NCBI GenBank assembly: GCA_963779755.1 | Contig: CAVZZO010000003.1 | Span: 768,001 to 832,000 of the forward strand | From: an uncultured Gemmatimonadales bacterium | Lineage (GTDB): Bacteria; Gemmatimonadota; Gemmatimonadetes; Gemmatimonadales; GWC2-71-9 | DNA: 64,000 bases | Direction of reading: 5' to 3' | Shown here: positions 41,589-54,250 of the stretch, piece after piece | Layout: every line of letters starts with the position of its first letter | Position numbering within the stretch: the stretch's first letter is position 1 | Made by a program: the position numbers and the translations under genes | The notes under the pieces: model-generated | Told to the model about the DNA's origin: nothing | The model's database searches: none | What the model saw: the letters and a program-made list of their open reading frames with translations, nothing else

Positions 41589-42482
41589 TCACGCCCCCTC
41601 GGGAGCGACCTCGTCCGCGTCGCCGCGGCGGCTCAGCAGCACGCCGGTGACGATCAGGCCCGCGCCGGCCAGCTGGGTCGCCACCGGATGCTCGCCCAGC
41701 AACATCCAGGCGGCCAGCACCGCGACCAGGGGTACGATACTATTGAAGATGGCCGTACGCCCGCTGCCCAGCATCTGCACGGCGCGGTTGAGCGCGATGT
41801 AGCTCACCACCAGCCCCAGCACCGTCGCATACGCCACGGCGGCCCAGGCCGTCGCCGACACTCCGCCCCAGTCGACCCGGTGGGCCTGAGGCAGCCCCAG
41901 GAGCAGCAGCCCCGGCGTCCCCGCCGCCATGGTATAGGCCGTGAGCCGGAGGGCCGAAACGGGCAGGGCGAACGCCCGCACCCCCACGGTGTAGGCCGCC
42001 CAGCAGCACGCCGCGCCCAGCACCGCCACATCGCCCATCAGCGCCCGGGCGTCGAAGCCCGGCCCCCGCACGGTGAGCACCAGCGTCACGCCCCCCACGG
42101 CAAGGAGCACTGCCACGATCATCCGCCCGGCCAGATGCTCGGTGCCGGTGACGGCACCCAGGATCAGCACCAGCACCGGCGTGCTGGAGATGATCAGCGC
42201 TCCGTTCACGGCGGTAGTGCGGCTCATGCCGGTCATGAACAGCGCCTGATAGGCGGTGTGGCCCAGCAGGCCGAGCAGCAGAATGCGCCACTCTTTCCCG
42301 GCGGGGCGGCGCAGCGGCCCCTCGCGCACGCGCAGGAGCAGCAGCAGCAGGGTGCTGGCGGTGGTGAACCGGAGGGCGGCATAGGCAAAGGGGGGTATCT
42401 CCCGCAGTGCCAGTTTGATGAAGCTGTAGTTGCCGCCCCAGATGAGCACCACGCCCAGCATGGCCAGCTCGGCGCGCAGCAC
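41589..42482 (-). CDS. DMT/EamA family transporter
   Basis: IWGGNY...PFAYAALRF; two EamA repeats. Confidence 0.88.
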   Translation of the reverse strand: MLRAELAMLGVVLIWGGNYSFIKLALREIPPFAYAALRFTTASTLLLLLLRVREGPLRRPAGKEWRILLLGLLGHTAYQALFMTGMSRTTAVNGALIISSTPVLVLILGAVTGTEHLAGRMIVAVLLAVGGVTLVLTVRGPGFDARALMGDVAVLGAACCWAAYTVGVRAFALPVSALRLTAYTMAAGTPGLLLLGLPQAHRVDWGGVSATAWAAVAYATVLGLVVSYIALNRAVQMLGSGRTAIFNSIVPLVAVLAAWMLLGEHPVATQLAGAGLIVTGVLLSRRGDADEVAPEGA

Positions 42483-42520
42483 CGCGCGCCGGGACGCGCT
42501 ACCCGGCGTCTCGCCCGGAC

Positions 42521-43567
42521 TCAGCGGGCGGCCACGCGCGTGGCAGCCAGCTGGGGGCCCAGGTCGCCCGCCCGCAACAGACCCGCGTCGGTGATATAGC
42601 CGTGGATCAGCCGGGCCGGCGTCACGTCAAAGGCCGGATTCCAGACCGCTACATCGTCCGGCGCCAGCTGGCGCCCGCCCAGCTCGGCGATTTCCTCGCG
42701 CGCCCGTTCCTCGATGGTGATCTCCGCTCCCGAAGGGGTTGCCCGGTCGTAGGTGGAGCGCGGCGCGGCCACGTAGAACGGAACGCCGTGGGCGGCCGCC
42801 AGCAGCGCCACGCCGTACGTCCCGATCTTGTTGGCCGTATCGCCGTTGGCGGCGATGCGGTCGGCCCCGGTGATCACCAGACTGACATCCCCCCGCGCCA
42901 GCCGCGAGGCCACCATCCCGTCGGTCAGCACCGTACAGCGGATGCCCGAGCGGCTCAGCTCCCAGGCGGTCAGCCGGCTGCCCTGCAGGAGCGGCCGGGT
43001 TTCGGGCGCCAGCACCTGCACCCGGCGCCCTGCCTGGTGGGCCCGATAGATGGGGGCCAGCGCGGTACCGATTCCGCCGGTGGCCAGAACCCCGGCATTG
43101 CAGATGGTCATCACCGTGGCCCCGTCGGCGATCAGTCCCTCGCCCGCCGCGCCGATGGCCGCGCACATGGCCCGGTCTTCGTCCCGGATGGCATTGGCTT
43201 CGTCGACCAGGGCGATCCGCAGGGTGGCGGCATTCACCGCGGTGGTGCTGCGGGCGCGGTGCCGCATCCGCCGCACCGCCCAGCTCAGATTCACCGCAGT
43301 CGGCCGGGCGGCGGCGAGCAGGGCACAGGCCCGTTCCACCGCGTGCATGAGGTCGATGGTCGTGTTGGCGTCGGGGGCGGCCAGCGTCACCCCCATGGCA
43401 GCGGCGATGCCGATGAGCGGCGCTCCCCGCACCCGCAACATGCGGATCGCCTCGGCCATCGCCTCCGGCGTCCGCAGCTCGAGGTAGACTTCCTCCGCCG
43501 GCAGCCGGGTCTGGTCGAGCAATCGCACGGCCCCGTCGGGAGCCCAGGAGATCGGGTCAGGGAGCAT
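42521..43567 (-). CDS. mtnA: S-methyl-5-thioribose-1-phosphate isomerase
   Basis: LLDQTRLP, VRGAPLIG, RPTAVNL, CNAG.LAT, ETRPLLQG.RLT, GADRIAANGDTANKIGT. Confidence 0.95.
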   Translation of the reverse strand: MLPDPISWAPDGAVRLLDQTRLPAEEVYLELRTPEAMAEAIRMLRVRGAPLIGIAAAMGVTLAAPDANTTIDLMHAVERACALLAAARPTAVNLSWAVRRMRHRARSTTAVNAATLRIALVDEANAIRDEDRAMCAAIGAAGEGLIADGATVMTICNAGVLATGGIGTALAPIYRAHQAGRRVQVLAPETRPLLQGSRLTAWELSRSGIRCTVLTDGMVASRLARGDVSLVITGADRIAANGDTANKIGTYGVALLAAAHGVPFYVAAPRSTYDRATPSGAEITIEERAREEIAELGGRQLAPDDVAVWNPAFDVTPARLIHGYITDAGLLRAGDLGPQLAATRVAAR

Positions 43568-43580
43568 GGGGAGTAAACTA

Positions 43581-43714
43581 GGCGGTACGGCGGTATGGCG
43601 ATACGGCGGTACGGCGGTACGGCGGTTACGGCGGTACGGCACGGCGGTACGGCGGTACGGCGGTACGGCGGTACGGCGGTACGGCGGTACGGCGGTACGG
43701 CGGTACGGCGGTAC
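43581..43714 (+). repeat. Octamer tandem repeat GGCGGTAC
   Basis: About 17 units between divergent mtnA and enoyl-CoA hydratase. Confidence 0.95.
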
Positions 43715-43749
43715 GGTATTCGGTTACCTTCCCTGCACAAGGAACCGAT

Positions 43750-43829
43750 CCCTGGTCCCTGTCCCTGGTCCCTGACTCCTGATTCCTGATTCCTGATTCC
43801 TGATTCCTGCTTCCTGCTTCCTGCTTCCT
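43750..43829 (+). repeat. Heptamer tandem repeat CCTG(A/C/G)TT type (reverse complement of the 13204 family)
   Basis: CCTGGTC/CCTGATT/CCTGCTT units up to the ATG at 43831. Confidence 0.9.
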
Positions 43830-43830
43830 C

Positions 43831-44613
43831 ATGCCCTACACTACTCTGCTCTTCGAGATCCAGGACGGCATCGCCACCGTCACTATCAACCGCCCGGACA
43901 AGCTCAACGCACTGAACGACCAGGTCATCGCCGAGCTGGGACGGGCGGCAGACCAGATCGCCGGCGATGCCGGGATAAAGGGTGCCATCCTCACCGGCGC
44001 CGGCGCCAAGGCGTTTGTGGCCGGCGCCGACATCGCCGAGCTGTCCCGGCAGGATGCCGAATCGGGCCGGCGGCGGGCGCTGGCCGGCCAGGCGGCCTTC
44101 CGGCGGCTGGAACGCTGCGGCAAGCCGGTCATCGCGGCGGTCAACGGCTTCGCGCTGGGCGGAGGCTGCGAGCTGGCCATGGCCTGCCACCTCCGCATCG
44201 CGTCCGAGAACGCCCGCTTCGGCCAGCCGGAAGTGAAGCTGGGCCTCTGCCCCGGTTACGGCGGGACGGTCCGCCTGCCCCGGCTGGTGGGCCGTGGCCG
44301 CGCCCTGGAACTGTTGCTGGGCGGCCAGATGATCGACGCGACGGAAGCCTGGCGCATCGGCCTGGTGAACCGGGTGGTCCCGGCCAGCCGGCTGCTGGAG
44401 GAATGCCGCACCCAGCTTCAGACCATGCTGGAGAATGCCCCGCTTGCCCTGCGGGCCTGCCTGGAATCGGTGGATTCCTCGCTGCAGGTGACGCTGGACG
44501 AGGGGCTCCAGATCGAGGCGGCGCATTTTGGCCTGCTCTCGGCGACGGGCGACATGCGCGAGGGCACCGCGGCCTTTCTGGAGAAGCGCAAACCTGCCTT
44601 CCGCGGCCACTAG
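43831..44613 (+). CDS. Enoyl-CoA hydratase/crotonase
   Basis: INRPDKLNALN, FVAGADI, GFALGGGCELA, FGQPEVKLG. Confidence 0.93.
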   Translation: MPYTTLLFEIQDGIATVTINRPDKLNALNDQVIAELGRAADQIAGDAGIKGAILTGAGAKAFVAGADIAELSRQDAESGRRRALAGQAAFRRLERCGKPVIAAVNGFALGGGCELAMACHLRIASENARFGQPEVKLGLCPGYGGTVRLPRLVGRGRALELLLGGQMIDATEAWRIGLVNRVVPASRLLEECRTQLQTMLENAPLALRACLESVDSSLQVTLDEGLQIEAAHFGLLSATGDMREGTAAFLEKRKPAFRGH

Positions 44614-44690
44614 CTATCTGGTTCAGCCATGGGGGCTTAGGTCGCCTCCGTTCCCCTGTGATTCCGGGGGCCGGGAGGCTAGATTAGAGG

Positions 44691-45125
44691 ATGGAATTTG
44701 AGCACTTCCGGCGGACGGTTCCAGCCTTGAAAACCACGCTCGCGCTCCCCTTGCTGGCGGCCCTGCTGGCCGGAGGCTGCGCCCAGCGCGACCGGCTCAC
44801 CTTTCCGGTCGCGCCCACCGGCCCGGGGCCGCAGGTGACGATCGAAGTCCCCACGGCCGACACCGTCGTGGCGCCGGGGCCCGCGCTGCTGGTAAGCGGC
44901 CACGCCACCGGAGCCAACCCGCTCGACACGGTGTATTTCGATGTGGTGGGCGGCGTCAGTTCCTTTTCGCCCTATATCGCCGATCCCGGGCAGGACACGG
45001 TCAGCTTCCAGCTTCCGATCACCACGCAGGGACTGTCGGGAGACACCATGTTCGTCCAGGTCCGGGCGGTCGATGTGCTGGGGCTGCGGGGCAGCTCGGT
45101 CCAGCGTCGGGTGGTCGTGCAATAG
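44691..45125 (+). CDS. Putative lipoprotein with Ig-like domain
   Basis: LLAGG-C lipobox, beta-rich mature region; overlaps recF start. Confidence 0.65.
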   Translation: MEFEHFRRTVPALKTTLALPLLAALLAGGCAQRDRLTFPVAPTGPGPQVTIEVPTADTVVAPGPALLVSGHATGANPLDTVYFDVVGGVSSFSPYIADPGQDTVSFQLPITTQGLSGDTMFVQVRAVDVLGLRGSSVQRRVVVQ

Positions 45126-46203
45126 TGCGCCTCGAGCGGCTGGCGGTCCGCGGCTTTCGCAACCTGGAGGATCTGGAGCTGGATATCCCCGCGGCCGGGC
45201 TGGCCCTGCTGGGCGAGAACGGGCAGGGCAAGACCAACCTGCTGGAAGCCATCTACTATCCGGTCCTGTTCCGCTCCTTCCACGGCGCGGCCGATCAGGA
45301 AGTGGTGCGCTTCGGCGGCATGGGGTTCCGGATCGAGACCGGCTTTCGCACCGGCGGCGCGCCGCAGCAGGTCGAGACCACCTATCTCGCCACCGGGCGC
45401 AGGAAGCGCGTCAGCTTCGGCGGAGAAGAATGCCCCCGCCTGGCCGACGGCGTGGGCCGCTGGCTCGCGGTGGCGTTTCTGCCGGAAGATCTCCGGCTGG
45501 CCTCCGGGCCCGCCTCCGAGCGGCGGCGTTACCTCGACCGCATGCTCTCGCTGGCCCATCGCGGCTACCTCACGGCTCTGGGGCGGTATCGCTCCGCGCT
45601 GGCCCAGCGCAACGCGGCCCTGCGGCAGGCGCGTCCCGACATCGTCCGGGCCTTCGACCGCCCGCTGGCGGCGGCGGGCGCCCAGGTGGTGAGCGCGCGC
45701 CTGCGGTGGGTGGAAGCCGGAGCGCCGGCCTTTGAACGGGAGATGCGCCAGTTGGGCAATGTGACGGCCGGCCTGCACTACGCCGGCAACCCCGCCCTGG
45801 CCGATGAACAGGCCTGGCCCGCCGCGCTGGCCCGCTCATCCGAGTCGGACCAGAGCCGGGGAGCCACCGGGGTCGGGCCGCACCGCGACGACCTCCGGCT
45901 CCAGCAGGACGGCCACGAGCTGCGCGCCTACGGCTCCACCGGCCAGCAGCGCACCGCGGCCATCGCGCTCAAGCTGCTGGAGCTGGAGACGCTGGAGCTG
46001 GCGCGCCGGGTTCCGCCCGCCCTGCTGCTCGACGATGTCTTCGCCGAGCTGGACCGGGGCCGCCAGGAACGGCTGGCCGACCGGCTCCGGCAGGCGGGAG
46101 ACCGGCAGGTCTTCCTGAGCTCGCCCCGGGCGGAGGAGCTGCCCGGCAACCTGGAGCTGCCGGTGCGGCACATCCGGAGCGGCGCGCTGGAACCGGCGGT
46201 CGT

Positions 46204-46207
<4 letters not shown>
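45125..46207 (+). CDS. recF: DNA replication/repair protein RecF
   Basis: GENGQGKTNLLEAI, GPHRDD, GSTGQQR, LLLDDVFAELD. Confidence 0.96.
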
Positions 46208-48481
<2,274 letters not shown>

Positions 48482-48483
48482 GG

Positions 48484-48561
48484 GGGGACAGGGGAGAAGG
48501 GACAGGGGACAGGGAGAACGAGACCCCCTGTCCCCTGTCCCTTGTTCCTTGTCCCTTCCCC
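48484..48561. terminator. Long hairpin of inverted GGGACAG/CTGTCCC heptamers between convergent genes
   Basis: GGGACAGGGGACAGGG ... CCCTGTCCCCTGTCCC. Confidence 0.6.
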
Positions 48562-49047
48562 TTAGTTCTTCATCAACCGTTTCAACAGCCCGATCTGTCC
48601 CGTGTGATACGCGTCGTGCGACGCCAGGCCGTGCAGCGAGGCGGCCACGGTCCAGCGGCGCCCCAGCGGGCGGTCGAGTGTGGTGTCGGAGAGCCCGGTG
48701 ACGACCTGGCAGAGCCGGTCGTGCTGCTCGTCCAGCAACGCGAGGTCTTCGCGCCACGCCTGCTGCGTGATCCGCTCCGGGAGCGGTGGCCAGTTGCTGC
48801 GCCCCCGCGCGAAGCCGCCCCGTTTCCCGCCCTCCAGCCGCCGCCGCATGGCGTACTTCCAGTAGGCGGCATGGAGTAGCAAAGCCCAGCAGCTGTTCCG
48901 CCCCGGTCCGGGGGTCCACGCCGCCTGACGGGCGGTGAGGCCCCGGAGCGAACCGCGCAGCGATGTCCCCTGCCAGGCGTTGCCCCGGTAGTTCCGCTCC
49001 AGGAGATCGAGCAGGAGTGCCACTCTGCCCCTTCCCGCGGCGCTCAC
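48562..49047 (-). CDS. DinB family protein
   Basis: AWQG.SL, LLLHAAYWK, HDAYHTGQI. Confidence 0.85.
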   Translation of the reverse strand: MSAAGRGRVALLLDLLERNYRGNAWQGTSLRGSLRGLTARQAAWTPGPGRNSCWALLLHAAYWKYAMRRRLEGGKRGGFARGRSNWPPLPERITQQAWREDLALLDEQHDRLCQVVTGLSDTTLDRPLGRRWTVAASLHGLASHDAYHTGQIGLLKRLMKN

Positions 49048-49412
49048 GCGGCCCTCCCGGCCGTCCCGCCCTCCGCCAAGGCCCGTTTCACCAGCCGGAG
49101 CAGGTCCTCCAGCGGCAGCTCCGGGTCGGATGCCACCGAGAGATGCCCGCCCGGCAGCGCCAGCACCAGATGACGGCAGCCGCGATACCCCACCACGACA
49201 TATTGCAGCTCCCCCGCCCCCAGCAGGGCTCGCTGGCCCAGCAGGGTCAGCAAGGTGGGATGCACGATCAGTTCTTCATAACTGTCCGACTCCTCCGAGG
49301 TCATCGCCCGGATCCCCGTGGCGCTGTGCATGTCCAGCCGGCCGTTCTGATAGAGCGCGGCGTAGCGGATCCGGGGTGAAAGAGCCAGCAACCTGCCGGG
49401 CAAATCGGCCAT
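49044..49412 (-). CDS. Hypothetical protein (roadblock/profilin-like small domain)
   Basis: Coupled to dinB by overlap; IRYAALY...YEELIVHP...YVVVGY. Confidence 0.55.
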   Translation of the reverse strand: MADLPGRLLALSPRIRYAALYQNGRLDMHSATGIRAMTSEESDSYEELIVHPTLLTLLGQRALLGAGELQYVVVGYRGCRHLVLALPGGHLSVASDPELPLEDLLRLVKRALAEGGTAGRAA

Positions 49413-49428
49413 GGTATCCTCCGGGGCC

Positions 49429-49926
49429 TCAGGCCATCCAGGCCCGATAATGGGTTACGGTCGGCTCGAGCTCGAGCAGGTAGTCGCGATCCTCCGGGTA
49501 GTAGCGCGCGCGGGTGATATCCCCGCCAGCAAACGCCGCGATGGCCTGCTCCGATTCCCACAAGGAGAGAAAATGGAAATGCGCCACGTCCCCCTCGACC
49601 CGGCGCAGGACCACCACGCCGCGGTTCCCCGGCGTGGACCGGGCCTCCGCCACTCCGGTCCGCTGCAGGTAGGCGAGGTAGTCCCCGGCACGCGCGGCCG
49701 GAACCATGCCGTGCCACAGCCGGCCAACCCGCGGTGGGTGGGGCTCCTCCGTGCCGACTCCAGAGCGGCGCAAAGGCGCATCCAGCCCTCCCGCCTGCTG
49801 TCGGGAATAGGCCACCCAGCCCCAGGCCCATGCCCGGAGCAGCCGGGAGGCAAGCCCCGGGATTCCTGCCAGCAACCCGGAGGGACGGAGCCCTTGCTGG
49901 GGCAAGGCGATACGGGGGGAAGTCAT
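49429..49926 (-). CDS. Antibiotic-biosynthesis-monooxygenase-like protein
   Basis: RLWHG......DYLAYL..TG......PGNRG...FLSLWES..AIAAFAG...ARYYPED; true start may be later. Confidence 0.75.
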   Translation of the reverse strand: MTSPRIALPQQGLRPSGLLAGIPGLASRLLRAWAWGWVAYSRQQAGGLDAPLRRSGVGTEEPHPPRVGRLWHGMVPAARAGDYLAYLQRTGVAEARSTPGNRGVVVLRRVEGDVAHFHFLSLWESEQAIAAFAGGDITRARYYPEDRDYLLELEPTVTHYRAWMA

Positions 49927-49947
49927 ATGCTCACCATGACGGTCAAG

Positions 49948-50022
49948 TAACCTGTATATCCGCCTAAGCTGGTTATAAGCTACGATTGCCTTGATAACCT
50001 GTCAAGGCTATTTTGAAGGTTA
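49948..50022. promoter_or_regulatory. Two TAACC-N18-GGTTA palindromic operators
   Basis: 49948-49975 and 49995-50022 in the divergent intergenic region; the second overlaps the CGNR gene ATG. Confidence 0.65.
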
Positions 50023-50660
50023 TGACGCTGCATGAGGATATCCGCTCCATCCCGATCGTGGGGGGGTGGCTCGCCCTGGATTTCGCCAACACCACCAGCG
50101 AGCGGCATGGCGGAGCGCCGCACGAGCGTCTGGTGGACTACCCGGCCCTGCTGGTTTGGGCCGGCCGGGTCAGTCTGCTGAGCGAGAAGGACATGGCGCG
50201 GTTGGGGAGGATGGCTGCAAGCCATCACGAAGCGGCCCAGCAGGCCCTGGCAGCGCTCCTGGCCTTCCGGGAGACCATCTATCGGGCCTTCTCCGCCCTC
50301 GCGGCGGGAAGCGCGCCTGCACCCGCGGATCTGGAACGGCTGACGCAGGCAAGGCGGGAGGCCGCCGTTCATCATCGTCTGGCGCCGGGGGGAGAAGGCT
50401 ACGCCTGGACCTGGGAAGGAAATGACGGCGACCTGGCCGGGCTGTTGCACCCGGTGGCGGAAAGCGCCGTCCAACTGCTGCTCTCCGGCGACCTGGAGCG
50501 GGTGAAGGAGTGCACCGGGGAGGACTGCAACTGGCTCTTCATAGACGCCAGCCGGAACCGGAGCCGGCGCTGGTGCGACATGCGCGACTGCGGCAACCGG
50601 GCCAAGGCGCGCCGGCACTACGCCAGGGTCCAGGGGAAAGGACGGAGGAATGAAGACTGA
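50022..50660 (+). CDS. ABATE/CGNR zinc-finger regulator
   Basis: LALDFANT...ECTGEDCNWLFIDASRNRSRRWCDMRDCGNRAK. Confidence 0.93.
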   Translation: MTLHEDIRSIPIVGGWLALDFANTTSERHGGAPHERLVDYPALLVWAGRVSLLSEKDMARLGRMAASHHEAAQQALAALLAFRETIYRAFSALAAGSAPAPADLERLTQARREAAVHHRLAPGGEGYAWTWEGNDGDLAGLLHPVAESAVQLLLSGDLERVKECTGEDCNWLFIDASRNRSRRWCDMRDCGNRAKARRHYARVQGKGRRNED

Positions 50661-50684
50661 GTGGTCCTCAGTCCTCCGTCCTTT

Positions 50685-51782
50685 TCATCTGATCGCGGTA
50701 TATCCTCCCGGCGCCAGGCTGGTGGCCAGCATGACGCTATTGATGTCCTCGTGCTCTCGCCACGATTCGGCGGCCTGATGCGCCGGATCGAGCCAGAAGG
50801 ACTCGATGCGCCGGGCCAGCTCCAGCCAGGGCCCCATCACGTCGAACCCCGCGGCGGCACGAAGCCCGATCGCCAGCCCCAGCTCGCGGAAAGCCAGCCG
50901 CGTGTCAGCCGGCCGGTCGAGCGGTCGTTGGGCGAGCCAGGCCTTCAACCCTGCCAGCGCCGCCTCCAGCAGCTCGCCCGCCAGGGCTTCGGCGTCCAAC
51001 CCGGGCGCATCCAGCCGGACCAGCTTCTGTGCGTCCTCCAGCAGCCCGCCCAGGCCCAGAGGATCGTCGGTCCACCACCGTGTCCCGCCGGAGATCTCCC
51101 GCAACTCGGCGATCTCGCGGCCGAGTGACGGCCCGGCCGGCTCGTTCCCGCGGTGGGCCTCGAGCTGCAGGCAGGTAATCCAGCCGTCGAGCGGATCGTG
51201 CTGCCCCATGCTGGCGACCAGGGGCCGGCTCAGATCAACACTCATCTTCCAGTACATGCGGCGCAAACCGCCGCCGGGCGGCTGATAGACAAACGCGCGG
51301 TGCGCCCTTGCTGCCAGTTCCCTGGCCCACCGGTTCGGCTCGGGATCTTCATGAACACGCGAGACCTGGTCCAGCGCGTGCATCCACCGGGTGAGATAGT
51401 GGTAATACTGGCCGTCGCGCTCCCATTCGAGATCGGGATCGAAGGGTTCGCCCGCGGGCCGCTCGGGGAGCGGCTTGCCGATGCGGAGCCCTCCGCCCGT
51501 GGGGTGGAGCCGGGCGGCCTGGTCATCCAGGCCGCTCAACCAGCCGGTGCGCGTATCGTCGGGGCGGTAACGACCCAGGGTGTGATGGACCTGCTCCACC
51601 AGCCGGAACGCCATGCCGGCGCTGGCGCGATCGCCGGCGGCCTCCAGCCCCAGGAAGTTGCAGACCGCGAACGCATCGGTCCACAGGTAGCGGCGGGGTG
51701 CGCGCCCGGCATCGCTCAGCCCGGTGCGCCGGGCAAACCAGGCCATGAGCTCCGAGGCAGCCCGTTGGCGATCGGCCGGCAC
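50685..51782 (-). CDS. Conserved hypothetical protein
   Basis: RYLWTDAFAVCNFL, DGQYYHYLTRWMHAL, MGQHDPLDG, LAFRELGLAIGL, HEDINSVMLATSL. Confidence 0.75.
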   Translation of the reverse strand: MPADRQRAASELMAWFARRTGLSDAGRAPRRYLWTDAFAVCNFLGLEAAGDRASAGMAFRLVEQVHHTLGRYRPDDTRTGWLSGLDDQAARLHPTGGGLRIGKPLPERPAGEPFDPDLEWERDGQYYHYLTRWMHALDQVSRVHEDPEPNRWARELAARAHRAFVYQPPGGGLRRMYWKMSVDLSRPLVASMGQHDPLDGWITCLQLEAHRGNEPAGPSLGREIAELREISGGTRWWTDDPLGLGGLLEDAQKLVRLDAPGLDAEALAGELLEAALAGLKAWLAQRPLDRPADTRLAFRELGLAIGLRAAAGFDVMGPWLELARRIESFWLDPAHQAAESWREHEDINSVMLATSLAPGGYTAIR

Positions 51783-51786
51783 GGCC

Positions 51787-52011
51787 CTATCCCTGCCGGG
51801 GCACGCCGGGCCCCCAGTCGGAGCCGGGATAGTCTTCGTCCGGATTCTGGTAGGTACCCAGCTCCTTCACCTCCTGCTCGGCGGCATCAGTCTCGCCGGG
51901 ATCGTCGTCCGGGTCCCAGGTGCGGGCCCTGGCCGGGGGCGGCCGCCGGCTCAGCAGGAGCCAAGCGAGCAGCACCAGCAGGGCGGCGACGAAGACGAAC
52001 GCGCCAATCAC
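51787..52011 (-). CDS. Small single-pass membrane protein
   Basis: GTG overlapping the pdp stop; TM helix then acidic tail ending DWGPG. Confidence 0.55.
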   Translation of the reverse strand: MIGAFVFVAALLVLLAWLLLSRRPPPARARTWDPDDDPGETDAAEQEVKELGTYQNPDEDYPGSDWGPGVPRQG

Positions 52012-53339
52012 CCGGCGAGCTCCTCTACCCCGGCCCCGGTGACCCGGTGAGAGACCAGCGGCAGGCAACTGGCCGGCCCCTCACCGATGACGATCGCCTG
52101 CTCCAGGGCGCGCCGGGCGATCTCCACTCCAGCGGCGTCCCGGGCGAAGAGGGACGCTACCGGCTCGCCCGCCTCGACCCGATCGCCCGGCTTGACCCGG
52201 ATGTCGAAGCCGACGGCGGGGTCGATCGCCTGATCGACCCGGGTGCGTCCCCCTCCCAGCTCGACGACCGCGCGGCCGATGGTCCGGGGTTCGACCCGTA
52301 GCACCGTGCCCCCCGCCGGTACCTGATAGAGCTCGACCATCTCCGCCCGGGGCAGAAGCCCGGCATCATCCAGCACCCGCGGATCGCCGCCCTGCGCCTC
52401 GATCAGGCGGCCGAAGCGCTCGCGCGCCGTACCGGCGCCGATGGTCTCCTCCAGCCGCCGCCGAGCGTCCACCCGATCGCGGGTGACGCCGCCCAGCAGC
52501 AGCATCTCGGCGCCCAGGGCGAGGGTGACCTCCATGAGATCCCGGGGGCCCTGCCCTTCCAGCGAGCGGATCACCTCCTCCACCTCCAGCGCGTTCCCCA
52601 CCGCGCGTCCCAGCGGCCGGTCCATGGCGGTGAGCAGGGCGACGGTGGGACAGCCCCGCGCCTCGCCCAGCCCGATCATGGTCTGCGCCAGCTCCAGGGC
52701 GCGGGGCAGCTCGGGAAGAAACGCGCCCGATCCGGTCTTCACGTCCAGCACCAGGCCGGTCAGCCCCTCGGCCAGCTTCTTGGACATGATGCTGGCGGAG
52801 ATGAGCGGAATGGATTCGACCGTGGCGGTGACATCGCGCAGGGCGTAGAGTTTCCCGTCGGCGGGCGCGATCTCGGGCGTCTGCCGCAGCATGACGCAGC
52901 CCAGCCGCCGCACCAGCGTCTCCGCTTCGCGCAGGGAAAGGGAAGTGTGAAATCCGGGAATGGATTCGAGCTTGTCCACGGTCCCGCCGGTGTGCCCCAG
53001 TCCCCGGCCGGACATCATGGGGACGGCCACGCCGCAGGCGGCGACCATGGGAACCAGCAGCAGCGAGACCTTGTCCCCTACCCCCCCGGTTGAATGCTTG
53101 TCCACCCGCGGCGTGTCCCATCCGGTGAAGTCCAGTCTGTCCCCTGAGCCGGACATGGCCTCGGTGAGCGCGTCCAGTTCGGCCGGCTCAAGGCCGCGCC
53201 AGTAGACGGCCATGAGGAGTGCCGCCATCTGGTAGTCCGGCACGTCCCCTGCTGTGTACCGCTCGATGAGTGCGGCCCATTCGGCGGGCGCCAGGGCGCC
53301 GCCGTCGCGCTTGCGTTCGATCAGGGCAGGAATCACCAT
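52008..53339 (-). CDS. pdp: Pyrimidine-nucleoside/thymidine phosphorylase
   Basis: IERKRDG, DKHSTGGVGDK, SGRGLGHTGGT, SIMSKK, LDVKTGSGAF. Confidence 0.95.
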   Translation of the reverse strand: MVIPALIERKRDGGALAPAEWAALIERYTAGDVPDYQMAALLMAVYWRGLEPAELDALTEAMSGSGDRLDFTGWDTPRVDKHSTGGVGDKVSLLLVPMVAACGVAVPMMSGRGLGHTGGTVDKLESIPGFHTSLSLREAETLVRRLGCVMLRQTPEIAPADGKLYALRDVTATVESIPLISASIMSKKLAEGLTGLVLDVKTGSGAFLPELPRALELAQTMIGLGEARGCPTVALLTAMDRPLGRAVGNALEVEEVIRSLEGQGPRDLMEVTLALGAEMLLLGGVTRDRVDARRRLEETIGAGTARERFGRLIEAQGGDPRVLDDAGLLPRAEMVELYQVPAGGTVLRVEPRTIGRAVVELGGGRTRVDQAIDPAVGFDIRVKPGDRVEAGEPVASLFARDAAGVEIARRALEQAIVIGEGPASCLPLVSHRVTGAGVEELAG

Positions 53340-53384
53340 TAGGGTACCTTCCAGGGACACCCGAAGACCTATCAAGGAGCTCGC

Positions 53385-54176
53385 ATGCGAAGCGCGAGTC
53401 TGCTGTTCACCGCGGTGCTGGCGCTCGGCGCCGCCCCGGTGGCGGCGCAGACGGTCGACCAGCATATCGCCGCCGGGCGGGAAGCCGCGGATAACCGCGA
53501 CCCCCGCGCGGCCCTGCAGCACTTCCAGGAGGCGCTGCAGCTCGACTCCACCAACTACCAGGCCAACTGGCTGGCCGCCAAGGCGCTGATCGACATCGGC
53601 AAGCAGACGCCCGATTCGGTCAAGAGCCCCGAGCGGGACTCACTCTACAACCTGGCCGAAACATACGCCCGCCGGGCGGTGACGGCAGACCCGGACAGCG
53701 CCGATGGCCACTACATCCTGGCGGCCGCGATCGGCCGCGCCTCGCTCACCAAGAGCAAGAAGGAGCGGGTGCGGCGGGCGGCGGAGATCCGCAGCGAAGC
53801 GCTCCGGGCGCTGGAGATCGACCGGGACCACGGCGGCGCCTACCACGTGCTGGGACGCTGGAACGCCGAGATCATGCGGCTGAGCGGCCTGACCCGCTTC
53901 TTCGCCAAGAACTTCCTGGGCGGAGCCATCTTCAGCCAGGCCTCGTGGGACAACGCCATTGAGAACATGAACTACGCCATCCAGGTGGATCCGACCAACA
54001 TCTATCATCGCCTGGACATGGCCGAGATACTGGTGGACGTGGGGCGCTACAGCGAAGCCCGGGAACAGCTGCAGAAGATCGCGGGGCTCCCGGTCAAGGA
54101 TGTGATGGACCCGCAGTACAAGAAGGACGCGGCGGCGCTGCTGCAGCGGATCGAGGGGAAGGAGGATAAGAAGTAG
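53385..54176 (+). CDS. Secreted TPR-repeat protein
   Basis: Signal peptide (AAQ) followed by TPR-like helices. Confidence 0.8.
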   Translation: MRSASLLFTAVLALGAAPVAAQTVDQHIAAGREAADNRDPRAALQHFQEALQLDSTNYQANWLAAKALIDIGKQTPDSVKSPERDSLYNLAETYARRAVTADPDSADGHYILAAAIGRASLTKSKKERVRRAAEIRSEALRALEIDRDHGGAYHVLGRWNAEIMRLSGLTRFFAKNFLGGAIFSQASWDNAIENMNYAIQVDPTNIYHRLDMAEILVDVGRYSEAREQLQKIAGLPVKDVMDPQYKKDAAALLQRIEGKEDKK

Positions 54177-54250
54177 GGAAGTCTTTCTCTCGCGTCCTGA
54201 CTTTCTACGACCCCCTCGATCGCTCTGAGTGGTCGAGGGGGTCGAGGGGG

